Assembly (NCBI GenBank): GCA_010909165.1
Contig: VJWM01000219.1
Location: forward strand, 186,001 to 250,000
DNA: 64,000 nt
Reading direction: 5' to 3'
Source: Anthoceros angustus
Taxonomy: Eukaryota; Plantae; Anthocerotophyta
Part shown: piece by piece, positions 22,803 through 35,500 of the stretch
Layout of the letters: each line of letters opens with the position of its first letter
How positions within the stretch are numbered: the first letter of the stretch is position 1
Notes under the pieces: model-generated
Databases searched by the model: none
The model's input: only the letters and a program-made list of their open reading frames with translations
What the model was told of the DNA's origin: nothing
Position numbers and translations under genes: made by a program

Positions 22803-23778
22803 TTAATTCTCTTGCACACGCACAAGCTGGATGTCGAAAATGACTGTCCCCAGTGTCGTTCCCTCCCCGTTTGCCAGCCGCGTTGGGTTGAACACGGTAG
22901 TATACAATCTTTGCCTGTCGAAAAACTGCAAACCCGATCACCGGGTTGAGACAGGAACTAGGAGTAATTGCAGGCAGAGGAAAGCGGAAAGGCTTCCTTA
23001 CGTCTGGAGGAATCGGGCCTTGAGTGGTGTTCTGATACGCTTGCGAGGGAGGAATGACGACTCGGCGAACGCCTCCTACCCTCATGCTCCGGACAGCCGC
23101 ATCCAGTCCGGCGATCACCTGCACATGCAAGGCAACAGCACATCATTCATGCACACAGCAAGAAATACGCTAGGCAGTTATGAGCCAGTGACAGCTAATA
23201 GTATCTATCCAGGGACCCTCACACTGCCAGATCCCACAACGAAAACGTAAGGCTCAGGGACGCCAGAAGCGTCTTTGTGGTTGTAGGTGGAGTCAAAGCG
23301 CCAGCCTTGCTTGGATCCCAGTCGAGCATAGTAGTGGATGGCAACCTGGAGGAAAAGGAACAGGCAGCAGCTTGGTCATCACATGCATCCCCAATGCGGG
23401 TCGCTCTGAAACGAGGGAAGGGAGGCGCACATGCACCTTGTCACCGGCTTGAGGTGTGCTTCCAGTCCCTTCCCGGATGTCCAAAGCCTTCACCCCGCCA
23501 GAGTCCAGTAGCTCATACCACGATGCAACGTTTTCGGATCCAGACGCCGGCCCTGCTTGGCTCGGCCGCGCTGTCACTCCACCCCACGCCAACAGTCCTC
23601 CGATCACCACGATCCGTCTGCTGCTTCCAACAGGAGCACCGCCATCACCATTCGCGGCTCGAACACTTCGCAAGCCGGGGCGACAGGTGCGAACGCGCCC
23701 CGGTTTAGTGATTCCGGCCCCCTTGCAACCATTCAGGACTCGATGCTGCGGCAATGGCACATAAGTGATCGAAGCCAT
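22803..23778 (-). CDS. FKBP17-1: Thylakoid-lumen FKBP-type peptidyl-prolyl isomerase (FKBP17-1-like), 4 exons
   Basis: Transit peptide with an RR..hydrophobic..SQA Tat-like signal. Exons encode VAIHYYARLGSKQGWRFDSTYNHKD, VIAGLDAAVRSMRVGGVRRVVIPPSQAYQN and FFDRQRLYTTVFNPTRLANGEGTTLGTVIFDIQL..QEN* (stop 22803-22805). Confidence 0.88.
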
Positions 23779-23853
23779 GTGACTGGGACTTCGGGAAAGC
23801 TAGCCTGCGGAAGGGGCGTGTCTTATGTGCAACAGTGTTGGAAACAATTGCCA

Positions 23854-26800
23854 TCAAGATTCAGATGAAGCTGGGTGAACACGAGTAGTGTGTCGAACAC
23901 CCTGAGAGCCGTGCTTTCCGCCGGTGTTCCTTTTTGATTTGTTCACCAAGTTCTCCGTAATATACTTCACCAGATCTTCCCTCGGTACATCCACCTCCAT
24001 CCTCGAGTCTAGAAACCGAACCTGCACCAGACCCAGGGAGCGAATACCTCTTTCTGTGACGATCACCAGATACCGAATTCCATGCTCATGAGCGTATTCA
24101 TACTGCTCGGTGAGACTAGGTGCGACAGACAGCACGTATTCGGCCTGAAAACCGTATGGCAGGGTCAGTCGGGCAACGGAAGGGCACAGACAGAGGGTTT
24201 GAATCAGACACCAACCTTTATGCCCCCATCCCAGAGCTCTGCGACTAGTTCCATGCGCTCATGCAGAAGGCCCCCACCACCCCGAGAGCAAACAAGAACA
24301 TCCGATGTTGGCTCGCTCTTGCTGCACAAGGATTAGAGCATCAAATTTAGCTGCAACTCGGGGGCCACAGTGGTCCAGGAGTAGTAACACACCGACTGAG
24401 CAGCATAACTGACTCCAAGAAGTACCTCTCTCTAGGTGCAGCCCATATCAGCTTCTGTAGCGCAATACTCACTCCGACTGCACCTGGTATGGATGGACCC
24501 TTCCCACCAAAGTTCGTCAGCGCCTAAAGTTACACACCCTCTTCTACTTTTCCGCGAAGGATTGAACCCAGAAACACATGCATTTCTACAAAGTGCCTCA
24601 TAAGTTGCTACACGCCAGGCTTCCGAATCTTACTGAAGTTGTTATCGCCCAGTCGCGCTGTATGAGATGATCATATCGGCCACCATGTGCGATACATGTT
24701 GATGTCATGGCACCCCGAGATGTTGGACCTGGGGGCACTATCTTCCTAACATGAATCTGGGAGGATTGTGACAGCACCTGATGATCAGCAACACAGCCCG
24801 AGGCGAGAAAAGCAGTTGCAAGCCATTTATTCCTAAATATTTACCTGAAAAAAGATGCCATCAAAGAACTCCTCACTTGGAGCCATCAATGCGTCAATGG
24901 TTATATTTTTTTCAATGCTCCAGACTTCTAGATAGGTTAGCAGTGTCGTAAGTTCGTTAAGTGCAGCATGCGTCTGAGGATCTGTACACAATATTTCTTG
25001 ATTAACAATCTTCGAGACAACCACCTACAGCCCGATGAAGGGTGGAAAGCTTACCTGAAAGAAAACTTACTTGGAGGAAGAGCTCCTCTTAATCGAGCCA
25101 GTGCCTCGTTGGCATTTCCAATCAACCTCCGCTCAACCGTCTGTAGACGATCAATTGTTACAGTTCCCAATTGCAAGGCCTGCACCCAAGCAGTGCTGTC
25201 GATGAGGAGATTGAGCCATACACACCACCAATCGCCACCAAAACAGGAGGTTGGCCTGAGATGAATGTGTGACAAAGTGCACCTGCAACTGACGGCGCAA
25301 CTGAGTCCACAGAGATTTTCGCTCTGGTGATCGCGGCTCAATGCCTGCTGTAACTGCCAAAATCTGCAGAGGAATTGAAAGGGCCGTTTAGAATAATAAT
25401 TCTTCCCCAGCTTCAAGGAACTCGCTGGCAGTTACACTGTTCATTCACCTGAGCAACAACCCTTTGTTCTTCTTGCTTGACGCCAGCCCAGTTCCAAATG
25501 GCGTCCAGCAGTGCCCGGTGGTTGACATGAACTTCACACGAATCAAAGCTGGGGCACTTATTCACGACTTCCAATGTCACCTATCATGTTGCATAAACAC
25601 ATGAACATTCACATATGGAGCAGTGTGGTCAGAGTGTGGTATACCACGGGTCTCAGCAAAAACAGTGTCTACCAAATTGGGGAGTTGAAAGTCTTCACCT
25701 TTACAACCTCTGCCTCTGCCAGCGTCCGAGCTCCCCCAACAATGTCAAAGTCTCCCTATATCACACAACTTAAATTGAAGCTCATACAAAGAACGACGCC
25801 AAGCAGGAAACTTTGACCAATAGCCGACAAATCTCACCTGGTAGTACTCTTGAGGAGCAGAACGACCCACTCCTCGTCGAGCCACTCGACCGATTTCAAA
25901 GCGCTTAAGAGATGTTTGCTGCATTCGTGCACAACATCGTAAATAATCAAACTCAAGATGGTTGCTCCTTTCCTTGCGCAAAACCCCTCTTGAGAAGCAC
26001 CTGATTAGCTGCAACCCATTGTGCAAAGCAAGAACGTGTTTCATATCTAAGATGAAGCATAGTCCCAGACGACTCCATGAGCTTTAGCGACTTCCTGTTC
26101 AGACAGCGAAGGGGGCTCATGAGCAATGCTCCGTTCCTGTCAATCCTGAACTGATTGCCGGAATGGCTCTACTCGAACAGCTAGAACATGGTGCGAACAA
26201 TTCACCTGTCATTTAGATACAAGCCATCAACTGCAGCACTCATGTAGGTGCTTGCAAGATGCTGTGCTCCATGGCGGATAAAGACATCCCTAACACCTTC
26301 CAGTATCTGATCTTGACCACTGACAGCATGAATGGATGAATGAGCAGCTCTTTTCTTGTGTTTCATTGACTCCATACTCAGCCTGTCAGCCTCTGCAGCA
26401 ATACGCTCATCATCGAATATTGCTGCCACCACCTGATCATAGACAACAGACTCTTCCCCTCCTTGGATAGTCCTTAAGATATCTACATCACCACATGTAA
26501 GATTCCATAAATGGACATTAAGATTCCATAAATGACTTGCCATTCCTAAGTGACATGTGGAGCTGAGGTTTAATTCAGCTGAAGTTTGTATCAAACAATT
26601 AACATTCTAAACCCCTACAGAAGAGGGAAAAGAAGACGATGTAAGTGGATCCTGTAGGCTGCTAGCCATACCATTGAGAGATTCATCTTCCATCCTTGGA
26701 GGCAGCAATTCACTACGCAGTACTTGCATAGCCGATGGTCTTTGACAAGGATCAGGAGTCAGTAGCCATTTCACTAGACTACACTGTTGCACAAACTCTG

Positions 26801-29800
26801 CAGACCACGAAGCGGGTAGAACACCGTTGTGTTTCAGGTCAGTCAGAAGCAAGTATCTCTCCATGCTGGTGCCAAATGGATACCACATCTCGAACAGAAC
26901 AACCCCTAGACTGTACATGTCAACCTGCAGATGACAAGACACGTTATAGCACATAATAGCCATCATATTCATATGGTAGCTACATTCAGCAAAACTAACC
27001 ACATAAAACCACGCTCTTCACCTTCTCATCAATGTGTGGCCATCTTTGTTCAATTTCTGGTGCAGTGTAGAAGTAGGTACCCACTTGACCAGTTCCGTCA
27101 ACTGAGGTACCAGCCAATTCACTAGCAAAACCTGAGCTTATATCATAGTCAGGCTGTTCCAAGGTTGAGAACTTTGCTGCAAAGAAACGAAGGTAAGGTG
27201 AGTCTGATCACATCAGCAGTCCAGCAACGGAGAAGCAAAGCCAGAGCCAGCTCTTCTTACCAAGGCCAAAATCACCAATCTTGATCTCATTGCGAGCATC
27301 AAAAAAGATGTTATTCGGGGTTAGATCTCGGTGAATGATCCCTTGCCCATGAATATGCACAAGCCCTTCAACAATTTGACGGAACATTCGCCAGATTCCA
27401 TCTTTATCAAAGTTGTTCATGGAAACGTCCAGAACCTCCCGCAAAGTTCTGCCCATATCAACATCAGCTTCTGTAAGGCAATCGTCACCATTGTATGCCC
27501 AGGTAGCTTCTCAATCGTCTGAGGGCAAAACTCTAGTTTCGGTGTTCAAGTGTTTGCGTGAATGGCATCAAATTGAACATGCATACACAAGCAAGAATAA
27601 ATCACCTTGGACAAAATTCCATCTGAATATACAAAGTGGTCACTTCAGGTTCCTTTTCGGTATGCTGTGCAATGGTCTCGATGCTGACTTCAGAAAGAAG
27701 TCCTGAACTTTCAAACTCCTCAGAGCTACCGTTGAGCATCCCTAAAGACTGGCCCACTCCAGTCTCAAACCATGCCTACAAGATGGTGGCAACCTCAATA
27801 CAGCAGCAGAACTAACACATTAACAGAAACTCATCAGCGTTGGTATCCTTCTATTAACAAACAGGGGGCAATACCTGATAGTAACGGACAACATTATGAT
27901 GTTGCAATCTTGACAATGTAGCAACCTCTCTGACATCCCACCAAAGCATGTCAATTCTCTGCTTCACAACCAGGTATCTGTCCAAGAATCCTCAAAACAG
28001 AAATAAAGGAGAAGGTATGGCAACACAAGTTATTATGCACTAGCTACACCTCCACAGGAGATGCGGAAGGCAACACCAGTAGGCAACAATAGATGCGAAA
28101 AACAACTCCCCAGTCAAGAGAAGTCAAGTGGATGCCCATAACAGCTCCAAAATGTTGGCAAAGCAGAATACACATACCGCAGAATTTTATTATTTGCAGC
28201 TGAGCTTTTATCCTTCAGGTGTATTTTCTTCATTGCATATCGACGACCATCCAACTTGTTCACGCAAAGAACAACATGCCCGAAACCACCTCTACCTGCA
28301 AGAGCACTGTTGGTTTTTTAACAGTGCCCGGAGCAAAGCTACGTGGTTCCAAAGAGGGGAGGGGGAGGAAACTTCACAGGATGTACAGGTAGAACGCAAA
28401 CGTGCTGCCAAGACTGTGTGATTAAAGGCACTGCAGTAAGTGCTCACCAAGTAACTTGAGTTCCTCAAAATCACTAACATAGCGGGAATTTGCAGAGTGA
28501 GCACTATTGCCCTCGCCTAGGAGCTCTGGACTCGCACTCCAAAAGTTCGCAACAGCTACCTGTGTCTGTCACCAAATAAGAGAGGATTCGCCTGGTCATG
28601 ATCGTCACAAAGGCAGCAGTCCAACACTGTTGGGAAAACTCTTGTAATTACCAGTGGATCAGGGATGTGGGCACTCTCTAGCGTGTCATGTATGAAGAGT
28701 TTCCGAAAAGTTGCATCAAAAACAGGTGATGGCACCGTCAACAACTCTTTCACCCACCTGGGCATGACCTGTCACAAGCAAGGGAAGTCCTGGCTGACTA
28801 TATCTACACAACACGGCAGGGCTTTGGAGAACACAACCACATCATCCTAACCTTGCCTTCACACTGTTCACTGGTTTCTATTGAGAACTCACTCCAAGTT
28901 TTTGCAACTGAGAGGCCAGGACGGAGAGCATGTATGGTAATGGACCCTTTGGGCCACACACAAGGCGAAGTAAGTGACCCTGCCACGCAAACAAAAAGCA
29001 CGGAGCGCCTCCAGATTAGAGGTAAAAAAATGCTGCACATGCCACTGCACACTCACTGGTGCGGGATGGGCATACCAAAATAAGGTCCTTTCGAAGAGAC
29101 TGAAGGGCTGCATCAGTAGGGGGTGGAGGATGGGCAATTTTTTCCTCAGATTTGAACTCTTCATCCCCCTTATCAGCAGCATTCTCAGCCACTGTGTAAT
29201 TCTCTGTATGAACAGGTTGCTGCAAATGACCCACAGATTGAATCATGATTCATGTCGCACATCTACACAATGCAGTGTTGTTGCCACTTTAAACGCCAAA
29301 GGCAGGCAGTCCAGATATAGGCACCTTGGCCGCAGATGCCATTCCAAACAGGCCAGGATAGACTTTGAGAAGACTCTCAAAGACTGAAGTGAGATGTGAA
29401 GGCTTGCCAGCTGATAGCGTGTTCTGGTGCTCTTGCACATCGTGTTGCTCTGCTTTGTTGTCTGAAGGAGCTTCCAGGCCTTTAGCAATTACAACCTTCT
29501 TATCCTTAACGGCAAGCTCTCCGGCCAGATTCTGAAGTGCATTCTGTTGAGCCATGCCAACATCCACTGGAACGTTGATAGCTCTTTCAGGCCTGTGTAC
29601 AAATTCTGTTGCTTCTCTCTCAGCCAAATTGCGCTGCCCTGCAATCTGATGTCTGTCTCGGATGAAGGGACTAGGCTTCGTGAGTTGTGCAGACGATTCA
29701 ATGGGGAATTGGTAATCCCATTGCTCGTCAGCCTCACCCCAAACATCAGCAAATAGATCCAGACAAACATGATCTTCAGAACGAGGAACATAGTTTAGGG

Positions 29801-30960
29801 GTTCGGATGGAGAGCCTAGAGGTTCTGTGTCCCAGCTCTCCTGAGCCAATGTTGGAGCACATCCAACTTCCTGCATTACACTCATCATACTTTTGTCAAG
29901 GATAACTCACGACATAGATGGACAGCTCAAAGTCCTGGTCCGACCACAAAACACATGCAATGCAACCAACCCAGACACAGGTTTCTAGCTCAAGGCAGAT
30001 GGGAGACACCCATCAGCCATGCCTTCGCTTTGCACGCTTTACGACATCCACAGCTATGTTACAAACAGTCTGCAGACAAACCGCTACTAGCTTGTGGTCC
30101 GACCGCATCTAAAGCTTTCGTCCAAAGAACTGTACCTGCGGTTTTTGCACCCTGTGCTCAGAGAGAAATTCCTTAGCAGTTTCAACCAGGTTGTAGACCA
30201 TAACACGACCCTGCCTTGCAATTGAGGCAGCCTAGCAAAAAACAAAGGGAAGTTCTTACGTACAGCAACCCAGAAAAACAGAGACATTGAAGCAAACCAG
30301 AAAAAAATGCAGTCGGCAAGAAACATGGAAATGCGCGTTCTACCTGCTCCACCAGCATAGAATGCAGCGACTGACGTTGCTCTTCCAGATGTCCTTCCTC
30401 CGAAAGGAGCTGGAGCTTGGGTGGCTTGTTGGGATATCCAGGCAAGCACCTTAGAGGCCAGAAGCCAGGAGCCAGAATGAGTCGGGAAGCAAGGGACACC
30501 ACAGAATGGCGATCAGGGAACGCATCTCAGAGTTCATACGTACCTGACAAGAAGCCGGAAGGACACGTCCGACTGAACAACTCCATCCTCCTCAGGGTAT
30601 GGCCTGCCAGCAATTGCACGGAAGGAAGTTGGGCACGGCTGACAGGACGAATTTTCCACATGTCTGTGGAGCACGTTTCACAGACCTGATGGTGATGGAG
30701 AATTCGACAAATGGGTGTTCCGAGACGAGCGAAAAATCCTCCTGCAAAATTGCCGACCTGCACCCACAATATCCGTTAACAGCTGCACGAACTAATTGCG
30801 GAGGCGGCACAAGCTGAAATCGAGCCTGAAACGAGTGGTACACGGACAAGGCTGTGATCTCCTCAGCCACGTCGTCAGAGAGCGGGTCCGGCTCAGTCTT
30901 GCACGCCTTGGCTTTGGCCTTATTACCTCGCTTGCGCCGGGCACGCGAATGGCCAGCCAT
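23854..30960 (-). CDS. GCN2: eIF2-alpha kinase GCN2 (RWD, kinase, HisRS-like and anticodon-binding domains), multi-exon
   Basis: ATG at 30960 (MAGHSRARRKRG). RWD motif CLPGYPNKPPKL; SRYVSDFEELKLLG; MFRQIVEGLVHIHGQGIIHRDLTPNNIFFDARNEIKIGDFGL; VDMYSLGVVLFEMW; C-terminal EQYEYAHEHGIRYLVIVTE. Individual exons were not all mapped. Confidence 0.95.
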
Positions 30961-31142
30961 CAATGCGTGTAGGTGCAGGCCATAGCTGGATCTGATCACC
31001 TTTCCATGCGGTTAACCTAATACAAATTGGGCACGGTCGCAGTCACCTCGCACCTGCTGCCAGTCTCCTCCTGCCCGTAGAAACAGGGAACAGTCTCGTC
31101 CCTGTGCCGTTTCACTGTGGCTTGCTCAGACGGCTTGCGGCC

Positions 31143-31756
31143 ATGGCGTCGGAGGAGGAGCGAGCCACACTCCTAAGCATCCACGACAGGGGCCGGAGTC
31201 TGATGGACGCCGTGGGGTTCAAAATGGAACTAATAAGCCGCGGGCGTCTCCAGGGTTCCTTCGTAGTGGGGGACATGACGACGCAGGTACAACGTAGATA
31301 GGCAATTGATGTACATGTGCCATTGTTGCAGCAGACCAGCGCATGCTAGGCGACAAGACACTGTAAGGGAAGGCCTAGGGGAGCTAACGCTGAGTCAGGG
31401 GGTTAATCATGCAGCCATTCAAAGTCCTGCATGGCGGCGTCACGGCGTTCGTGGCCGAGACGCTTGCGAGCCTGGGCGCGCTTCTCCTGGCCGATTTCCA
31501 GAGAATTGCCGGAATCGAACTGAACGTGAGCCACCTCCGAGCGGTGGAATCTGGTTGCGAGGTGAGTGTCGAAGCCACCGCCGTGTCCGCAGGAAAACGC
31601 GTGCAGGTGTGGGAGGTGAAATTCCGGGCGGACCACGCCGTGGCCGCGATTGCTCGCGTTACGCTGATCGTACTTGGTCGTCCCGGTCCGCTGCCACTGC
31701 CACTGCCACTGCCACTGCCACTCCAGCCATCGCCGACTTCCGCTTCCAAGCTCTAG
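31143..31756 (+). CDS. DHNAT: Peroxisomal hotdog-fold thioesterase, 1,4-dihydroxy-2-naphthoyl-CoA thioesterase-like (exons 31143-31286, 31415-31756)
   Basis: Q|PFKVLHGGVTAFVAETLASLGA..IAGIELNVSHL..GKRVQVWEV is the PaaI/4HBT signature, and the C-terminus is SKL* (PTS1). Confidence 0.85.
31691..31720 (+). repeat. (CTGCCA)5 coding microsatellite encoding (LP)5
   Basis: Directly visible; in frame just upstream of the SKL terminus. Confidence 0.95.
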
Positions 31757-31908
31757 TCTTGTTCTCCATATGTAATTTGTAGCACTATTCTTTAATACGT
31801 AGTTGCGCCTGTACGGATTGACCAATCCTGCTATTAACTGGGAATATAGGATAGGGAATAGCAAATTGCTACCTGCAGTGTAAGAAGAAGGAATCTATTA
31901 TAATTGTC

Positions 31909-32136
31909 GAAGAAGAAGAATTTGATTATAATCCACGTGGACAAAAATATCTATCGTGGGACTTGATACTTAACAACTTGTGCCATAGTATACTATAATA
32001 TATATTTTAAAATATCTATAAAATTTTAAATTCACTCGACTTGCAACATGGAGTGTCTAAGCTATACCAAGAGTATCACTCCTCTAGGCACCCCATCTAA
32101 GTAGCGATCTAAGCGATGTGTCTATTTGGCCTAAGC
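31909..32136 (-). mobile_element. LINE 3'-end fragment with a (TTC)4 tail
   Basis: Collinear blocks match the reverse complement of about 51940-52149 (GGGACTTGATACTTAACAACTTGTGCCAT; TAGGCACCCCATCTAAGTA; GTGTCTATTTGGCCTAAGC), with a (GAA)4 run at 31909-31920. Confidence 0.7.
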
Positions 32137-32534
32137 CATTAGGAATCTTTGTTTGGTTTCTTTTTATTATAGGTAAGTAAGTTTGTCCCGAGCGTACAGA
32201 AAGAAAGATTGCGAGATTAAAAGTTATTTTAGGTGGTCGACGAAAGGTTCGTTGGACGAGGACATTTAGCCTCTAATCAATTAAAGCGGAGAACATGACC
32301 AGATTAATAAACCCTTTCAGTTAGAACGTGCCTGGAAGGGGGGTTCAGCCCTCCAATGTGGGACGCAGAACGAGACCCTCAAATTTTGGGACGGGGACTG
32401 AGCCACCTACATATTTGTAACGCTCTTGACCAAAGATGCAAGTACGATGCACCTGCACAGGAAGGCCATGTAGTAGACCTATACATGCGGCCTGGTTTGC
32501 CGTCGTGTCAGGAAGCACCACCTGTAACGTGAGC

Positions 32535-35500
32535 CTAGTCCTTTGCACCTTCTCCTTTGCCATACGAATGGGTCCGCGAATCTTGACGCTCTACAGCTTC
32601 ATGTTCTTCGCTATCCAAGTCAGTCGACGACTCTTGGGGTTCTTTCGCATCATCAGGGTCAGTCCATGGCTCGTCAGGGTCAGTCCATGGCTCGTCAGGT
32701 TCAGTCCATGGCTCATCACGGTCAGTCCATGGCTCTTCGTCCTCCTCTCCATCTTCAGTATCCGAGTTAGCCCACGGCCCTTCGTCCTCCTCTGCAACTT
32801 TATCTTCTTCACTATCGAAGTCAGTCAATGAACCTTCTGTATCCCCTGCATCTCCATCTTCGTCATTACTCCATGAATCACTGCCAGAATCCAGATCCAG
32901 AGCAGATGCTGATACGGGGACGCTTTCATCTTCAGAATCAACCACGGAGTCGGCCAAATTATCGCCTTCAAAGCTCAGGCATTCACGCATAAAGCTATCA
33001 TCCTCCTCAACAGTATCCTCCATTTTCAGCGCATCCAGTAATTCTGGAGAGATTTCGTCACCGACAATGACGGGCTTTGGTTGCCCTTCCGCCCAACCAC
33101 GAAACATTATGATCTTCTTTTGCTCTTGGGAGACCAGAACTCCCCCAGTTAATGCCTGCAGTGAATACAAGAAACCCAGAATGAGTAATTCCTAGACTGC
33201 GCACATTCAAGACGACTTATGATTTCACGAGTGTAAGACCTCCAGCTCTTGCGCTATTTCCTGGACAGAGGTTCCATTCGCACGACCGTTCACGCCAATT
33301 TTCACAAGCGCATTCCTCTTAAAATGCTTCCGTATTGCCGCTGCCAAGCCTGTCAGAACATTGCTCTTCCCTGCATAAGAGTTCAGTGTATGACTATGTT
33401 AGCATTTCATGTTATGTTAGCAAGGATCCGTATGTTAGCATTTCAGGTTACGTTAGCAGACATCCGTATCCAGAGTCCGACCCAAGCTGATGAAACAGGG
33501 CCCGGTCATCACCGACACTTACCCACATTGAAATTCGCTGTTTTTCCCATCACTTTGAGCGCATGCCTTCTCAGCACAAGTCTCTCCTTCGTTGAAAGTG
33601 GTTCAGCTCGGTATATTGTCTCAAACGTGTCACTGTCACTATCTTCTCCAGAAAATTCGCCAGTATCGAATCCACCATCTTGTGATTGCTTGTCAGAATA
33701 TGTCACACTCTGAGCGACGTCCCTAAAATCCTGATCACCGTCATCACCAGCGTACTTTTCCTGCAATACCAAGGGAGAATATTAAGTTTCATGAAGGAAT
33801 GCAATGGACAAGTCTTTGGTTGTCACAAGGTAATCAGGGTCTAACCCAACCAGGCCCAGGATACAGTAGAGGACAGCTTACAATTCCGGATCTCATTGTA
33901 CTGATCTCTTTCTCCAAGCTTAAAATGTGCCGCTCCAGAGCCTGAACACGTTGGTCACAGATGGGATGAACTCCAGGTGCACAGCACTCAACAGAACCAC
34001 AGCAGGGAATGCTTTGAGAAAGAAATTCTGTACACCCACAGTACCTTTCTCCTTTGCAATTCAATGGATCTTTTCAGAGCTTGGCGTTTGGTTAGAAGGT
34101 GCCGAGGTCTGATTTGCAGTGGCCGTTGGTAGTTCTTTCCTCGGTAAACAATGATGGCCTGACCTTTTGAGACCGCAACGGTTGCAATTAGGACACCTCC
34201 ACTTTCGTAGGCTAACATTTTTGCTGTGTACTCCAACTCTCGAGGGTCTTTTTCCTTGATAATGATCTTCACCAACTCCCGGTGCTTCCAATGCAAATGC
34301 ATATTCTCGACCACCCCATCAAACACTCCTCGTCTACCTGTAAGACAAAGGCGGTGAAAGTAACCTTAGAACCACCAAGGCTTCAAACAATACACACATC
34401 ACGAGAGATATCTCAATAAACAAGGTTGAGGTCCTGATGAATGCCAAAAAAAGATAAACATATAACATCACCCTCTTTTCATTTCATCTAGCAACAAGAT
34501 GTGATGCACTGTAACTTGCACCCCCAGGTGCATATTGCATACCTATTAAGAGGAAAGCCTTCATCTTGAGGCCAACCTTCCTGAACATATACCTCTCTTC
34601 ATCAGTGATATATTCCGCATCCGCAGGTGGCCCAGATAGTTCAAGGCTCTTCTCCACTTTTATCAGTGCGTCCTCAGCCCTGTTTTTCTTCATCAGAGCC
34701 TGTGCACAAGACATAGAAGTACGACATGCCTTACTGCTCACAATACCACAAGCAACCACAACATACCAACCCATTGACAACGCTGTTCTTCAATGCTGGA
34801 AAGGACCATTTGCAACAAGACCCCACACCAATTCTTCACACCACGCTCGTGACGTACCTGTTGCACCTTCCTCTCGATTCTCTCCACCTCATATCGCCTA
34901 GCTGCCGCTTTAGCTGCTTTTCTATTCCGCTGCTCCTCCTCAGTATCTATCCAGGATTGCCATTGAGATTTCACCTCCAGAGTTTCAGCTAAGGTACCAG
35001 CTTTACTTAATTCAACTGGAAGCCCTAGAGTTGCTGCCTTGCTGGCATTTCCGCGAAATCGGAGTCTTTCCTCTTCCTCCTGAAGAGCTTTTGTCATCGC
35101 ATCCCTCTCTTGTAAAGCAGCAGCTACTAAAGGAGGAAGGAAATCCTTTCCTCTGTAGAGAACAATGAATTCCTTGTTGCGAGAAAGCAAAACACCACCA
35201 GTATACCGCTGCACAGCCCAGCCAGTACTGATCTCAACAGAAAGCCCAGCCCCATTCGCAGCAAAAATGGTCTTACCAAGACAGAACTTCCAGATACCTT
35301 TAGCTCCTCAGCCATTCTCTCATTGTTGGTGTTCTGCACACCTCTCTTGACAGCAATTTTTGCTATTTCACTTCGTTCCCAGAGTTTCAAAATAGCCGAT
35401 GCTAAACCAACGAGGCCCCTATTCCTCCCTACATCCATTCATTCAAACAGGTCATATGTTCAGTCCCGAGGAAATGATGTGGTTGACAGACCTGCACTGG

